This document shows positions 18,766-28,674 of a DNA stretch of 64,000 bases, piece after piece. Within the stretch, counting starts at the first letter, position 1; each line of letters begins with the position of its first letter. The DNA is from a virus (taxonomy: Duplodnaviria > Caudoviricetes), in IMG/VR virus record IMGVR_UViG_3300037781_000208, positions 1-64,000 of that record, one strand, 5' to 3'. The notes beneath the pieces are model-generated. The model made no database searches, was not told the origin of the DNA, and saw nothing but the letters and a program-made list of their open reading frames with translations. Position numbers and translations under genes: made by a program.

Positions 18766-19938
18766 CTAAGTCTGCTCCTTTAGTATGGTGAGCAGTTCAT
18801 CCCGAATCGCTGGCCAAGTAGCTTCATCTTGAGCCTCCAATGCATCGATTACTTCCCGAAGCAAATCTGTCTCATTCGAATCCTCGGTTGCTCGTTGATG
18901 CAGCATGTAGTCCTCGTTAAATCGTTCCAGCTTTCTAGTGCCGAGGCCTTTGCGACGAATTTGCAGCAGATCGAACAGTGTCCGGTAAATACCGCCTCGG
19001 TCGCGGTAGCGCTTGAGCTTCTCATTAAACGTTGAATTGGCGACATCGAGCATTCCAGCGGCCGCACTGACCGATCCCGCTGCCATTATCGCAAGTATCC
19101 AGTGGAAGTACTCAGGTTCCACCTTGCGGGCAATACTGATGAAGTGGCCGGCCAAGTCTTCTTTGAGCACAGTATTTTCCGTCTGTAGATTGCGGATTCC
19201 CTTATCGAGTAGCGCCAGCTTCTCCTCAATCATCGCAAGGAATTTGCGACCATCCTCTTCACGCGCCACATCAGGCGGGAGCAATGAACGCTTAAATGTA
19301 AGCCATTGGGCCTGCGCACCGCTACTCCAATCCAGACTACGCGGGCTCAAGGTAAAGCTGTGCTCAATCTCATAACAATTCCATCCCACTCGATAAACAA
19401 AATCCTTTAGATCGGCCTTCCCGTCGTAGGAACTGGCCAGGAGGATGATTTGCCGAGGACCGCGGACATTCAGAAAGCGCATTAATATCTGCGGCAGATA
19501 GCCTGGATTAAGACCGCCCACGAGTTTTACCTCCATTCGGTCTTTCCCGAGGGTCATCTTTCCGATCGGCAAAACATTTGGCTGCGGCGGCTCCGACCGG
19601 TCCGGCTCCAGTTCCAGCAGGCGGGCAAGTTCCAGACGGAAACGCGCAAAGTTCGGATGATACTGAACGAGTTCCTCTGGGGCAAATGGGCGGCGGTCGC
19701 AGCGTCCCTCATCGCACACACCGACGAAGGAACCGTCCGCATGCTCGACAATCCGGTAATGGCAGTGGGGGCTCCTTGCACAGCCGAATGTCTCAGACCG
19801 GCGACCGGATGGAATCAGCCACGGCTCGATCTCGGAAAATCGCTCTTTCAGTATTCCTTGCCACTGATCGCGTCGGAACGCATGACCGATGCACTGGTCA
19901 ATACACTGAAAAACGGAATTCATTTTGTTTGCTGCCAT
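18766..19938 (-). CDS. Hypothetical regulator (Cys cluster, coiled coil, C-terminal HTH)
   Basis: N-terminal C..C/C..C residues; SVSAAAGMLDVANSTFNEKL HTH-like; start revised. Confidence 0.55.
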   Translation of the reverse strand: MAANKMNSVFQCIDQCIGHAFRRDQWQGILKERFSEIEPWLIPSGRRSETFGCARSPHCHYRIVEHADGSFVGVCDEGRCDRRPFAPEELVQYHPNFARFRLELARLLELEPDRSEPPQPNVLPIGKMTLGKDRMEVKLVGGLNPGYLPQILMRFLNVRGPRQIILLASSYDGKADLKDFVYRVGWNCYEIEHSFTLSPRSLDWSSGAQAQWLTFKRSLLPPDVAREEDGRKFLAMIEEKLALLDKGIRNLQTENTVLKEDLAGHFISIARKVEPEYFHWILAIMAAGSVSAAAGMLDVANSTFNEKLKRYRDRGGIYRTLFDLLQIRRKGLGTRKLERFNEDYMLHQRATEDSNETDLLREVIDALEAQDEATWPAIRDELLTILKEQT

Positions 19939-21064
19939 ATGTTTGTCCTTTCTCGATAAATCCTCGCCGACCGAGCCATTCCTCGACCACCACGGCGTCC
20001 TCATCGCGGCTGTAGAGAGCGACATTGGTCGGCTTCAAGGTGACTGTTCGCGGGGTTGGGTTGTCATCAAAGCGAATGCGAAAGCTTGCCCGCTTGAGAT
20101 TCCATTTTTCTGAAATCCCGTTTTCTGCATATCGGAGATTTTCGAAAAGGTTAACTGCCTTGCGCACCGTCAGTTCCTCCACGACCTTTTTCTCAGTAAA
20201 TTGAAGCTCGGTCAGCCGCACCCACTGGATTCCTGGGACATCGGTCACATTGAGGGCGGCCTCCCCCATCTCGCGCAAGGGTTCCAGGCTGTATTTGCCC
20301 GCCCCGCCAAAGTAATGATCCCGCCCAAACAAGTAGTATCCGAATTGCTTGCGGTACTCGCTGCGGAGCTTCTCGGTGCGGGCATTGATGCCGAGTTCCT
20401 TCGTCAACTGGTTGTACACCACCAGATCATAGGTTTGGGGGCGAAAGGTCACACTGCCGCTTTCTCCGTTTTCCAAGGTCGCCTCGCGCCGGTACAACTC
20501 GCCGTGGCAGATGAGAAACCAGATCTCGTTGAGCCGGGGATAGACCTGCACGCGCGTTCCGGGTCCCTGCCCGCGTTCCTGAAAGAAGATATCCAAGGCA
20601 TGTTCCAGCGACCGCAGAGTGCGCTCGGTTGGCTCATTGGGCTCATCGTCCTCAATCGAGCTAAAGTACTCAAACGACCGCACCCGCAGCATTGCCAGCT
20701 CCGCATGTCGCCGCATCAGGGACTCCGGATCCTCGAGCCATAGTCGCAGTGCGAGCTCCATCCGCGTCAGCCCCTCCTCGGGCGATATGCCGCGCTGTCG
20801 GGCCTCATCCATTAAAATGTCCTCCGCCGCCGGGACGGCCATCTCCTTGATGCAAAACAGCGCCTCCGTTAGACCGCGTGGGGTATCCGGCCCGGGATTC
20901 ATTAAAATGCGGCTGATCTCATCAGTGTCGGGCGCGCCGCCCCACCCCAATCCGCAATGCTCAAAGTAATCGCGGAATCGTTCCAAAAATCGCCAGAGCA
21001 GGGCCGGCCGAATGCGCGCAAGGGTTTGCGCTCGTGTGAATAGGGATGCCTGAAGTGTCGCCAT
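19898..21064 (-). CDS. Conserved hypothetical protein, first gene of early operon
   Basis: 388-aa ORF with phage-like composition, overlapping the next gene. Confidence 0.7.
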   Translation of the reverse strand: MATLQASLFTRAQTLARIRPALLWRFLERFRDYFEHCGLGWGGAPDTDEISRILMNPGPDTPRGLTEALFCIKEMAVPAAEDILMDEARQRGISPEEGLTRMELALRLWLEDPESLMRRHAELAMLRVRSFEYFSSIEDDEPNEPTERTLRSLEHALDIFFQERGQGPGTRVQVYPRLNEIWFLICHGELYRREATLENGESGSVTFRPQTYDLVVYNQLTKELGINARTEKLRSEYRKQFGYYLFGRDHYFGGAGKYSLEPLREMGEAALNVTDVPGIQWVRLTELQFTEKKVVEELTVRKAVNLFENLRYAENGISEKWNLKRASFRIRFDDNPTPRTVTLKPTNVALYSRDEDAVVVEEWLGRRGFIEKGQTYGSKQNEFRFSVY

Positions 21065-21591
21065 GAGTTCGCATAATCAATAAAAAGCGCGCCTTCCTTC
21101 TGACACTCTGCTCCGCCGGCCAGATTAGCGGGGCTGGCCTCCCATAAGAGACCGCATTCCCACACGGAAATCGGGTGGAGAGTCACCTGCTCCACCAGCG
21201 GCAATCACCCTCCTGTACCGGGGCGCTCCGGCCAACAAAGAATCAATCGCGAATCCAGTTGAAACGATTAACCATCCGCCATGGCAAGCACAAATAGGTG
21301 AAAACTTGTTCACCCCAATAAATTTCCCCGCTTCTTTCGCAACAGGATAAATGGACAAGGAATCAAGGTTAATGAGTTTTTCTGGACTGTTTTTTGTAAA
21401 TCGCGATGCGAACCACGCAAAATAACTTGCATCTCACAGCGGACTATTTAGTAAATGATGAATGCTTTCTGGCAACCGATTAAAGAACTCAACGCATGCG
21501 CGTCTGCTCTAGAATCTTCTTCATTTAAAGTAGTAGTTATTTGGTCTTAGCAGAAGCTCGGGTAGAAAAATCAAGGATCGAGGTCATAGAT

Positions 21592-22560
21592 ATGGATGAA
21601 AAGAGCAGAAACCAGCCTGCGACAGGACGTCAGAAAGAGTTATTAAGTCGCTGCGGAGTAAACTTTGCAGAGGGCATCACGAAGGGGGAAGCTTCGGATT
21701 TGATAGGAAAGATTCCAGCCTGGGATAGCTCGAAAGATATACTGGATGAGCATGGGGTTAATTATGCAAAGGGGATAACAAATGCTGAGGCAGACGAATT
21801 AATCCGAGGATTGAAGGCTACCAAAGAACAGAGAAAGATTTTAAGATTCTTCGGCAAGAAGGTTCCGACTAATTTGCCCTACAAGGTCGCCAGCGAAATA
21901 ATCAATGCGATCCCAGAAGACGAAATGGATAAATATCATGCAAGAGAAGATCGCTTGGATGACATTGAGTGTGCTCGGGAATCAATAAACCACTGCCGAG
22001 AAGAATTTAACAGTAAGTCGATTCCAAAGAAGTTGTTTACTGAGATATACGAAGAGCTTGAGGGACGCGGCCACAGCCTTGAGCAGATAGAAGAAATGGA
22101 AAAGGAGATATTTGAGATGGCGATAAAGCGAAGGCCTGAATTAAAGAAAACGGAGAGTCCAAGGAAAAGAGTTCAAAGCAGTGGATGCTTGGTAATATTA
22201 GTACCCTTTCTGGCAGTTGGCCTGGCGTTCTTATTCGGAAGTTTGCTATATGCTTCAAAAACGTCTGATGAGTTACTGGAGGAACTCCGTGATCTTGAAG
22301 AGAATTGGGAAAAATATCAAGCCAAGGCAGACACCGATGCAAAAGTTAAGGCGGAGCTGCAAATTGCTAAGGAAAAGAACAAACCTATAATAGGGATGTT
22401 GGGATCAGAATATGTAGAGAGATTTGGGAGTCCGGACGACAAGAAGGTTACCAAAACTGAGCACGGAACCCACACTATGTTTATCTACAAGAAAAATGGT
22501 AAAACAATTCGATTTGTTCATCTTAAAAACGGAAAGGTTACTGGTTACACAGATTATTAA
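21592..22560 (+). CDS. Membrane moron protein with three N-terminal ~33-aa repeats
   Basis: Repeats visible in the translation; TM segment GCLVILVPFLAVGLAFLF. Confidence 0.65.
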   Translation: MDEKSRNQPATGRQKELLSRCGVNFAEGITKGEASDLIGKIPAWDSSKDILDEHGVNYAKGITNAEADELIRGLKATKEQRKILRFFGKKVPTNLPYKVASEIINAIPEDEMDKYHAREDRLDDIECARESINHCREEFNSKSIPKKLFTEIYEELEGRGHSLEQIEEMEKEIFEMAIKRRPELKKTESPRKRVQSSGCLVILVPFLAVGLAFLFGSLLYASKTSDELLEELRDLEENWEKYQAKADTDAKVKAELQIAKEKNKPIIGMLGSEYVERFGSPDDKKVTKTEHGTHTMFIYKKNGKTIRFVHLKNGKVTGYTDY

Positions 22561-22575
22561 ATTATACAAAATTAC

Positions 22576-22878
22576 ATGAACAAAGCGATATCGAAAATCT
22601 TCGGTTATTTAGTGGCTATATTCAGTGTGCTGGTTTTTGCCTCTTTATTTCAATATGGTTTTGGAGGTTACGAAAATGGCGTTAAATCTCCGAATGACAC
22701 AATGACAGGGGATGTTTATTTGGATGTGGGCCTGATGCTTGGGGCCTACATTCTGGTGATTGGTTTTGTTTGTACCGTTATTGCCATCAAAGAGCATCTA
22801 GAGCGGATTGAATACATACTGACGGCTCTAGCCCAATCCCATCAGGAAGATAAGAAAACATCTGAACCGTTCCAGTGA
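22576..22878 (+). CDS. Two-TM membrane moron protein
   Basis: Two hydrophobic helices; AT-rich. Confidence 0.6.
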   Translation: MNKAISKIFGYLVAIFSVLVFASLFQYGFGGYENGVKSPNDTMTGDVYLDVGLMLGAYILVIGFVCTVIAIKEHLERIEYILTALAQSHQEDKKTSEPFQ

Positions 22879-22934
22879 AACTTACTTAACAGATAGTCCA
22901 ATACAGAACAAGTGAATGCTTTCAACCCGGATTC

Positions 22935-23774
22935 ATGCTCAGCGTCAAACAACTCTTTCTTGCCGATGGGCTGCAATGCCCGGCCGAGGAAATAAAACTC
23001 GTTCGCCATGTTGATCACTTAAATCGATCCATTCGTCGCATCGTTGCTGAGGGGCATTTTGACTTCTATCAATGCGAACAGTTGGAGGACAAAAAGCCCT
23101 TTCACAAATGCAGCATCATTCTTTCTTTCCTTGGTATTGAAAGCAACAAAGCGGAGTTCTACGGAGCTTATCGCGTCTCAGGTTGTCGCCCCTTTTACAA
23201 AGAGGAGTAGAAAGGGATGCCAGACTGGCTGTCTTTAGCGCATGAAGACAATCGACCTCGGATTTTCTACGAACTTGAAGAACTGTCGGAATACCAAAGC
23301 TACCGTGGTAGACTCATCGTCACATGGCGTAATCCGCGCGTTTGGCACCAGAGGAAGGATCTGGATATCTACGAGATACTGCCTGCAACGGTATCAACCT
23401 TATTTCCCGGATACCAAGAGGTGCTGTTAGGATACGAAGGACTCCGGGCTATTTTTGCGGACCCTCGCGCACACAGAGACTGGCAAGCAGCGCTTAAAGC
23501 AAACGCTGGCATTTATCGAATCGTCGATCTTTCCGATGGAAAAACCTATATTGGATCGGCCTACGGCGCTGGGGGACTATGGTCTCGCTGGCAAACCTAT
23601 GGGAGAACAGGACATGGCGGAAACAAACTTTTGAAAGAGCGAGATCCGTCACAGTTCCAATGGTCAATCGTGCGCACGCTTTCCACGACAATGTCCGACC
23701 GAGATGTCATTCGCATCGAGGCCTTGGAAAAGCAAAAACACGGGAGCCGAGCGATTGGCCTGAACGGAAACTGA
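22935..23774 (+). pseudogene. GIY-YIG nuclease interrupted by an in-frame TAG
   Basis: GAG-TAG-AAA-GGG-ATG links two same-frame ORFs; GIYRI...YIGSA...RW..Y motif in the second part. Confidence 0.75.
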
Positions 23775-24033
23775 AATGCCTTCTTCTACTGCGGCCCAAT
23801 CCAAAATAATGCTCTGCATTCTCCATCATGCCCACGCTAAGATAGTGATAGGGTATTGTAACCGACTTTCATTATTGGAAAAGATAACAGTTTTTTGAAA
23901 ATGCTATGAAGAACGAAAGACTAAAATGTTCATCAATACCCAGAAGCAAATAAAATCAAATTGCAAAGCAGTAAAAGTTTGAATAATGTCTAAATATAGA
24001 CGATTCTAAACCAACCTGTCAAAAAACAATACT

Positions 24034-25530
24034 ATGTCTCTAATCAATTGTCCCGAATGTGGCCATGAAGTATCCGACAAGGCTGCTTCTTGCCCTAGCT
24101 GTGGTATGCCACTACTCAATGAACAGGCGGAAATCCGCAAGCGACCTGTGGTCGAAAAGAATTCTGGGGATGGTAAGGACAATCGGGGGATGGCGCTGCC
24201 TACCATTAGAACCATCTTGATTATTTCGGCGCTACTCTTAACAGCATCGTACCCCTTGATTGGTTTTATTGCAGGTGGGTTAGTCCTTCTTCTGATTGTT
24301 TGTCTTAAGGTAGAGCAGACCAAGGCGTTTGCATGGAAGACGTTGGGCATCAATCCAAGCAAACGTTTTATCTCCGGATTCGCAGTATTTTGTTACTTTA
24401 TCTATTCTACAACTCTGCTACTAGCTGCTTTTGGAGGACACCACACCATAGCAGAGCAAGCTAGAGTGGAAACTGAGATACGACAAGCCGAGATTAAGCG
24501 AAATGCAAAACTTGCCGAACGCCGAGATGCAGCAAATGCTCGGGTACAAGAACTCGTGGAAAATGCACGTGAGCTTTGGAGCACTGGTCAACGTGCGGAG
24601 GCTTCTAGGGTGATTAAAAGAGCAGAGGGCTTAATGTATGCGACACAATTTGATGAACTAAAAGATCTTAAAACGGAATTTGCTGTTGCCGCCGCGGAGG
24701 CAACGTATGTGAGAGCGTCCAGCCTTGCTGAAAATGGGAGTTTTGAAGAAGCAAGCATATTACTTCAAGACATCCTAAATGATAATCGTGTTTCTGATAA
24801 GCAGAACGCTGAAAATTTAAGCAAGTGGCTGAGTTTTATGCTAGATGAAAAGGAGCTGGAAGATTTCCTATTCAATTTGGAGGATACATTATATGAATTC
24901 CTAAAAACGAATCATTCGTTACCAGCCAAACTCCAGTCTGGGATTGCCGCAATTGATTCAAAGCTATTAGATTTGTCTATGCAGTTGATTCCACAGTTAG
25001 ACGGCAAGCGACAGCAGCATAAGTTGGAAGAGGAAAAAGCCACAAAATTAAACTCAGCTGTGAGTGATTTTTTAGCAACCGGTGTTAATAGAAAGGTTCC
25101 TTACCATCTCTGGCCCTTATTGGGAAATCCGATCGGACTTATTGGCACGGATGGAACTTATTGGGCCGCATACTTGCCGGGAGGTAACATTTCATTCATC
25201 TCGACCAAAGCCGATGACAGAGTAATTTTCGTTGGCAAAGGGCGAAGTGCAATGCACGAGCTTCCTAAGATTAAGGAGAACCGGAAAAAGCAAATAGAGG
25301 CACAGTTCAGTGCGTGGGACGGATCACATCAAAATTTAACAAGGTACATAAAACAAGTTATGAATGATCCCAAATCATACGAACACGTTCAAACAACTTA
25401 CTCGGATTTCGGAAGTCACCTAGTCGTGAAAACTCAATTCCGAGGTAAGAATGCTTTTGGCGGAGTCGTATTGGATATGGTTAAAGCAAAAATTGCCCTC
25501 GATGGGACGATTCTGGAAATAGTGGAATAA
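24034..25530 (+). CDS. Zn-ribbon membrane protein (moron)
   Basis: N-terminal CPECG...CPSCG, TM helices, C-terminal NDPKSYEH...FRGKNAFGG domain. Confidence 0.7.
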   Translation: MSLINCPECGHEVSDKAASCPSCGMPLLNEQAEIRKRPVVEKNSGDGKDNRGMALPTIRTILIISALLLTASYPLIGFIAGGLVLLLIVCLKVEQTKAFAWKTLGINPSKRFISGFAVFCYFIYSTTLLLAAFGGHHTIAEQARVETEIRQAEIKRNAKLAERRDAANARVQELVENARELWSTGQRAEASRVIKRAEGLMYATQFDELKDLKTEFAVAAAEATYVRASSLAENGSFEEASILLQDILNDNRVSDKQNAENLSKWLSFMLDEKELEDFLFNLEDTLYEFLKTNHSLPAKLQSGIAAIDSKLLDLSMQLIPQLDGKRQQHKLEEEKATKLNSAVSDFLATGVNRKVPYHLWPLLGNPIGLIGTDGTYWAAYLPGGNISFISTKADDRVIFVGKGRSAMHELPKIKENRKKQIEAQFSAWDGSHQNLTRYIKQVMNDPKSYEHVQTTYSDFGSHLVVKTQFRGKNAFGGVVLDMVKAKIALDGTILEIVE

Positions 25531-25573
25531 TCTTTTAGGAAATGTAACGGCCCTAATATTCTCTGCCGTGTCT

Positions 25574-26722
25574 TTATGAATCATTGGGCCCAATCCCAAA
25601 ATACCGCCCTGCATTCCCCGCCGTGGCCACCCCGAGATAGTGATCCCACAAAATTGCCTGATTCTTGTGACTGACCAGCAGGGCCGTTTTTCCCGGATCT
25701 CGGTGCAGAGCGACATGGTAGCTGACAAATGAATGTCGCAGGCAGTTCTTGGGCGGGGCCTTGGGCTGCAGCTTGCCCTTACTTGCCTTGGCGGCGGCTT
25801 TGGTGACCAGCAGGCCCGCGCGAGCGAAGGCAGCTTCCCTACGGCGTGCAAATTCCCGTGGAGACATTTTGAAAGCAGCCGCAGGCGTACGCTCCAGCCA
25901 TGACCAGAGATTTTCGGGGAGGCCCTCGATGAAGTGGCGACGGCCCTTCTTTGTTTTGGCGGCGGGGGTGAGGATCGCCCGGTTCTTAAAATCCAGTTCA
26001 TCCCATGCGAGGCGACTGATGGCAGATGACCGCATCCCGGCAAAGGCACCAAGGGCGAGGAGTCCGCAAATTTCCGGATCCACCTTCTCGTTTGCCCGGA
26101 ATAATGCCTCTGTCTCGGCAACCGTGAGAATCCCTGGCTCAGCCAGGTGGACCTTCGGGGTGGGAACGGCGGAGGCCGGATTGGATTGGGTCCATTCCTG
26201 CCGGATGAACCACTTGAACGCCCCAACAAGGTAGGTCCGGTAATGCTTTTTGCTCAGTGCCTGAAACGGCAGATCATGAATGAACTCCGAAATGTCCTGT
26301 GACGTTATGTCCCGCAATGGCTTCTCCCCGTACTTTGCAGAGAAACGCTCAAGCGCGCGCAGGATTTGCTTCTGATAGGCTTCATCCCGACCAGCCCGTT
26401 GCATTTCCAGAAGGTAGGCCTGCATCGCTTCTGAGAAAGTCCTGTCGCCCTCTGTGGCGTGATTGGCCAACCAGAATTCCGCCATTTCCACTGGATCCAC
26501 TCCAGGGAGAATTTCCGTCACCGTCTGCCACCTCCGGGCGAGCGCCTTATCGAACTGAAAGACCTCGGTGCCGTGTTGGGCGATCTCCTTGTTGAACTCC
26601 CGGACAAACTTATCCCGCTCTTTTTCGGTGGCAAAGAACCGGCTACGCGGCTTTCGATTGACCCACCAGCGGGCTTCCCACGGCCTGCGGCGGCCGTCAC
26701 GGTAATGCGCCTTGATTTCCAT
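25574..26722 (-). CDS. Tyrosine recombinase/integrase 2
   Basis: AGMRSS (R), KTKK (K), LRHSF (HxxR-like), VSH...HY (H, Y). Confidence 0.9.
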   Translation of the reverse strand: MEIKAHYRDGRRRPWEARWWVNRKPRSRFFATEKERDKFVREFNKEIAQHGTEVFQFDKALARRWQTVTEILPGVDPVEMAEFWLANHATEGDRTFSEAMQAYLLEMQRAGRDEAYQKQILRALERFSAKYGEKPLRDITSQDISEFIHDLPFQALSKKHYRTYLVGAFKWFIRQEWTQSNPASAVPTPKVHLAEPGILTVAETEALFRANEKVDPEICGLLALGAFAGMRSSAISRLAWDELDFKNRAILTPAAKTKKGRRHFIEGLPENLWSWLERTPAAAFKMSPREFARRREAAFARAGLLVTKAAAKASKGKLQPKAPPKNCLRHSFVSYHVALHRDPGKTALLVSHKNQAILWDHYLGVATAGNAGRYFGIGPNDS

Positions 26723-26761
26723 GGGTTAAGTCAAGACATGGTCGATACGCTCGGCAATCGC

Positions 26762-27988
26762 TTATCGCGGATTTTTCAGCGGAAAGATGTCGAAGTACTT
26801 CCCCGCGTCCTTCTGGTTAGCGATTCCGAGATAGTGCCGGTAGAGACAGTCCTGATCTCGATGGCTGACGATGAGGGCGGTCTTTCCCGGATTGCGGTGG
26901 AGGGCGACATGATAGGTCACAAAGCTGTGGCGCAGAGCGTTCTTCGGCGGGCATTTGGGTTTGATGTCCAACAGCGCCTCTCCCCTCGCCTCCCGTTTCG
27001 CGTTCTCTTGGTTGATGTCGTCCGCTTCGATGAGCAGCCCGGCTCTTTTGAACGCTTGCGCGCGCCGGTGGAGCATCTGCCGGTGGGTCATCGAGAAAGC
27101 AGCCGCAGGCGTTTTCTTCAACCATGCCCACAGATTCTCGGGCAGGTCCTCGATCCACTGGCGGCGCTTTTTCTTGGTCTTCTCGGCGGGGGTCAGGATG
27201 CCGCCCTGTTTGAAGTCGATTTCCTCGTAGTCGATTCGGGCGATGGCAGAGGACCGCATCCCGGCGAAGGCCCCGAGGGCGAGGAGGCCGCAAATCTCCG
27301 GGTCGATCTTCTCGTTGGCCCGAAACAAGGCGCGGGTTTCAGCGACAGTGAGGATCTCCGGTTCCTTGTCCTGAATCTGGGGCGATTCCACCCGCTTCAT
27401 CGGATTATCCGTGAGCCAGCCCTGCTTGTCCCACCATCCAAACGCCCCTTGGAAGTAGGTCCGCTTGTTCTTGATGGTGATCGGCCCGTAGGGAAGTCCG
27501 AACAGGTAGTCGCGTAGTTCTTCGGTGGAAAACTCCCGGACGAGGCGGTTTCCGAATTCATCTTCAAGATCAGCCAGTGCCTGGCGAACATGGCCAATGT
27601 AGCTATTGTTCCGCCCGACGTTCTCCATGCTCTGGAGATAGGCAGCGGCGGCATCACGCAGGTATCGATCGCCCAGCTTGGCGATTTTCCGTTGTTCCGC
27701 TTTCCAGAATTTGAAGACCTCCACCGGGTCCGCCTCCGGGGCAATCGCGATGGCCTGCTGCCACCTGATCAGTTGGTGTGGGGCGATGGTCGGAAGGACC
27801 GGATCCTGCCGCTGGGCGGTCAGTTTCAATTGCTCGATGAACTCGTCCCGGGCCGCCGCCGAGGCAAAGAACTTATTTCGCTGGCGCAGCTTGCAGTCCG
27901 AAGCCGAGGCGGAGGATGGAGCCGCTTCATACCATCGGGCGACGTAGGGCTTCTTCCGGTAGGGTTGGTGATCGGCGTGTATTCTCAT
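26762..27988 (-). CDS. Tyrosine recombinase/integrase 1
   Basis: Same catalytic set (AGMRSS, LRHSF, VSH, RHY); paralogue of integrase 2. Confidence 0.9.
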   Translation of the reverse strand: MRIHADHQPYRKKPYVARWYEAAPSSASASDCKLRQRNKFFASAAARDEFIEQLKLTAQRQDPVLPTIAPHQLIRWQQAIAIAPEADPVEVFKFWKAEQRKIAKLGDRYLRDAAAAYLQSMENVGRNNSYIGHVRQALADLEDEFGNRLVREFSTEELRDYLFGLPYGPITIKNKRTYFQGAFGWWDKQGWLTDNPMKRVESPQIQDKEPEILTVAETRALFRANEKIDPEICGLLALGAFAGMRSSAIARIDYEEIDFKQGGILTPAEKTKKKRRQWIEDLPENLWAWLKKTPAAAFSMTHRQMLHRRAQAFKRAGLLIEADDINQENAKREARGEALLDIKPKCPPKNALRHSFVTYHVALHRNPGKTALIVSHRDQDCLYRHYLGIANQKDAGKYFDIFPLKNPR

Positions 27989-28028
27989 GGCGATTTTAAT
28001 CTACCAGAGTGAGGCGACGATCATAGGT

Positions 28029-28514
28029 CTAAGTCCGTCTTTTAAAACTTTTAGAAGGGTTCCTCCCCACATCGATTCCGAGGATATGCCCAATCTCACA
28101 AATATCTTGATAAATCATGGTAGAGTCGTTGACGCCGTCGGCATTGGAAATACGAATCAGAAGACCGGCCGCTTCATGCAACTCCTGTCTACTTTGCACG
28201 CAACGCATGATTCTAAGCATTCTGTATGCAGGCAAAGCTGCACACGATGCTCGAAGTTTAGCAGCTAAGCCTCGAACAGTGGTTGTGGCTTCATCAAACT
28301 TATCCGAATTATCGCTCCTGCGCTTATTTGTAAGGAGATTTGAATAGAAAACCAAAGTGTAGGAAATTTCTGCGAGTATCTTCCTGTATTCAAGATACGG
28401 TTTTATCAGCAGGTCACTAACGACGTGTGTCATGAAATAAAGCAAACAACCACCGATCAACGTGACGGAAGCGGTGAGAAGGATCTGCGTAAGATTATCC
28501 ATTCGCCAGTCCAT
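28029..28514 (-). CDS. Hypothetical protein with N-terminal TM helix
   Basis: 161-aa ORF with a hydrophobic N-terminus. Confidence 0.55.
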   Translation of the reverse strand: MDWRMDNLTQILLTASVTLIGGCLLYFMTHVVSDLLIKPYLEYRKILAEISYTLVFYSNLLTNKRRSDNSDKFDEATTTVRGLAAKLRASCAALPAYRMLRIMRCVQSRQELHEAAGLLIRISNADGVNDSTMIYQDICEIGHILGIDVGRNPSKSFKRRT

Positions 28515-28674
28515 AAATGCAAAAATCCTCCGGTCAAATTCCGTTTTCAGTCAAGATCCAGCCAAAGTCGGTTGAGTGACAGTCAAGCCAAAATGGCCCA
28601 CGGAAGTAGTGATATGTTATGAATTCCCTTCTAAAGCTGCGCGGTGTCCTCAGTCGCTTCAAGGCCAGAGTGCC

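Noticed and set aside
23208-23210. Genome-wide amber recoding
   Set aside because: Single instance; other genes (e.g. the chaperone at 46506) terminate normally at TAG
25420-26229. 269-aa minus-strand ORF
   Set aside because: Alternative frame over integrase 2 in GC-rich DNA; Arg/Pro/Ser-rich nonsense composition
26459-27517. 352-aa + strand ORF
   Set aside because: Antisense shadow of the integrases; no recognisable motifs
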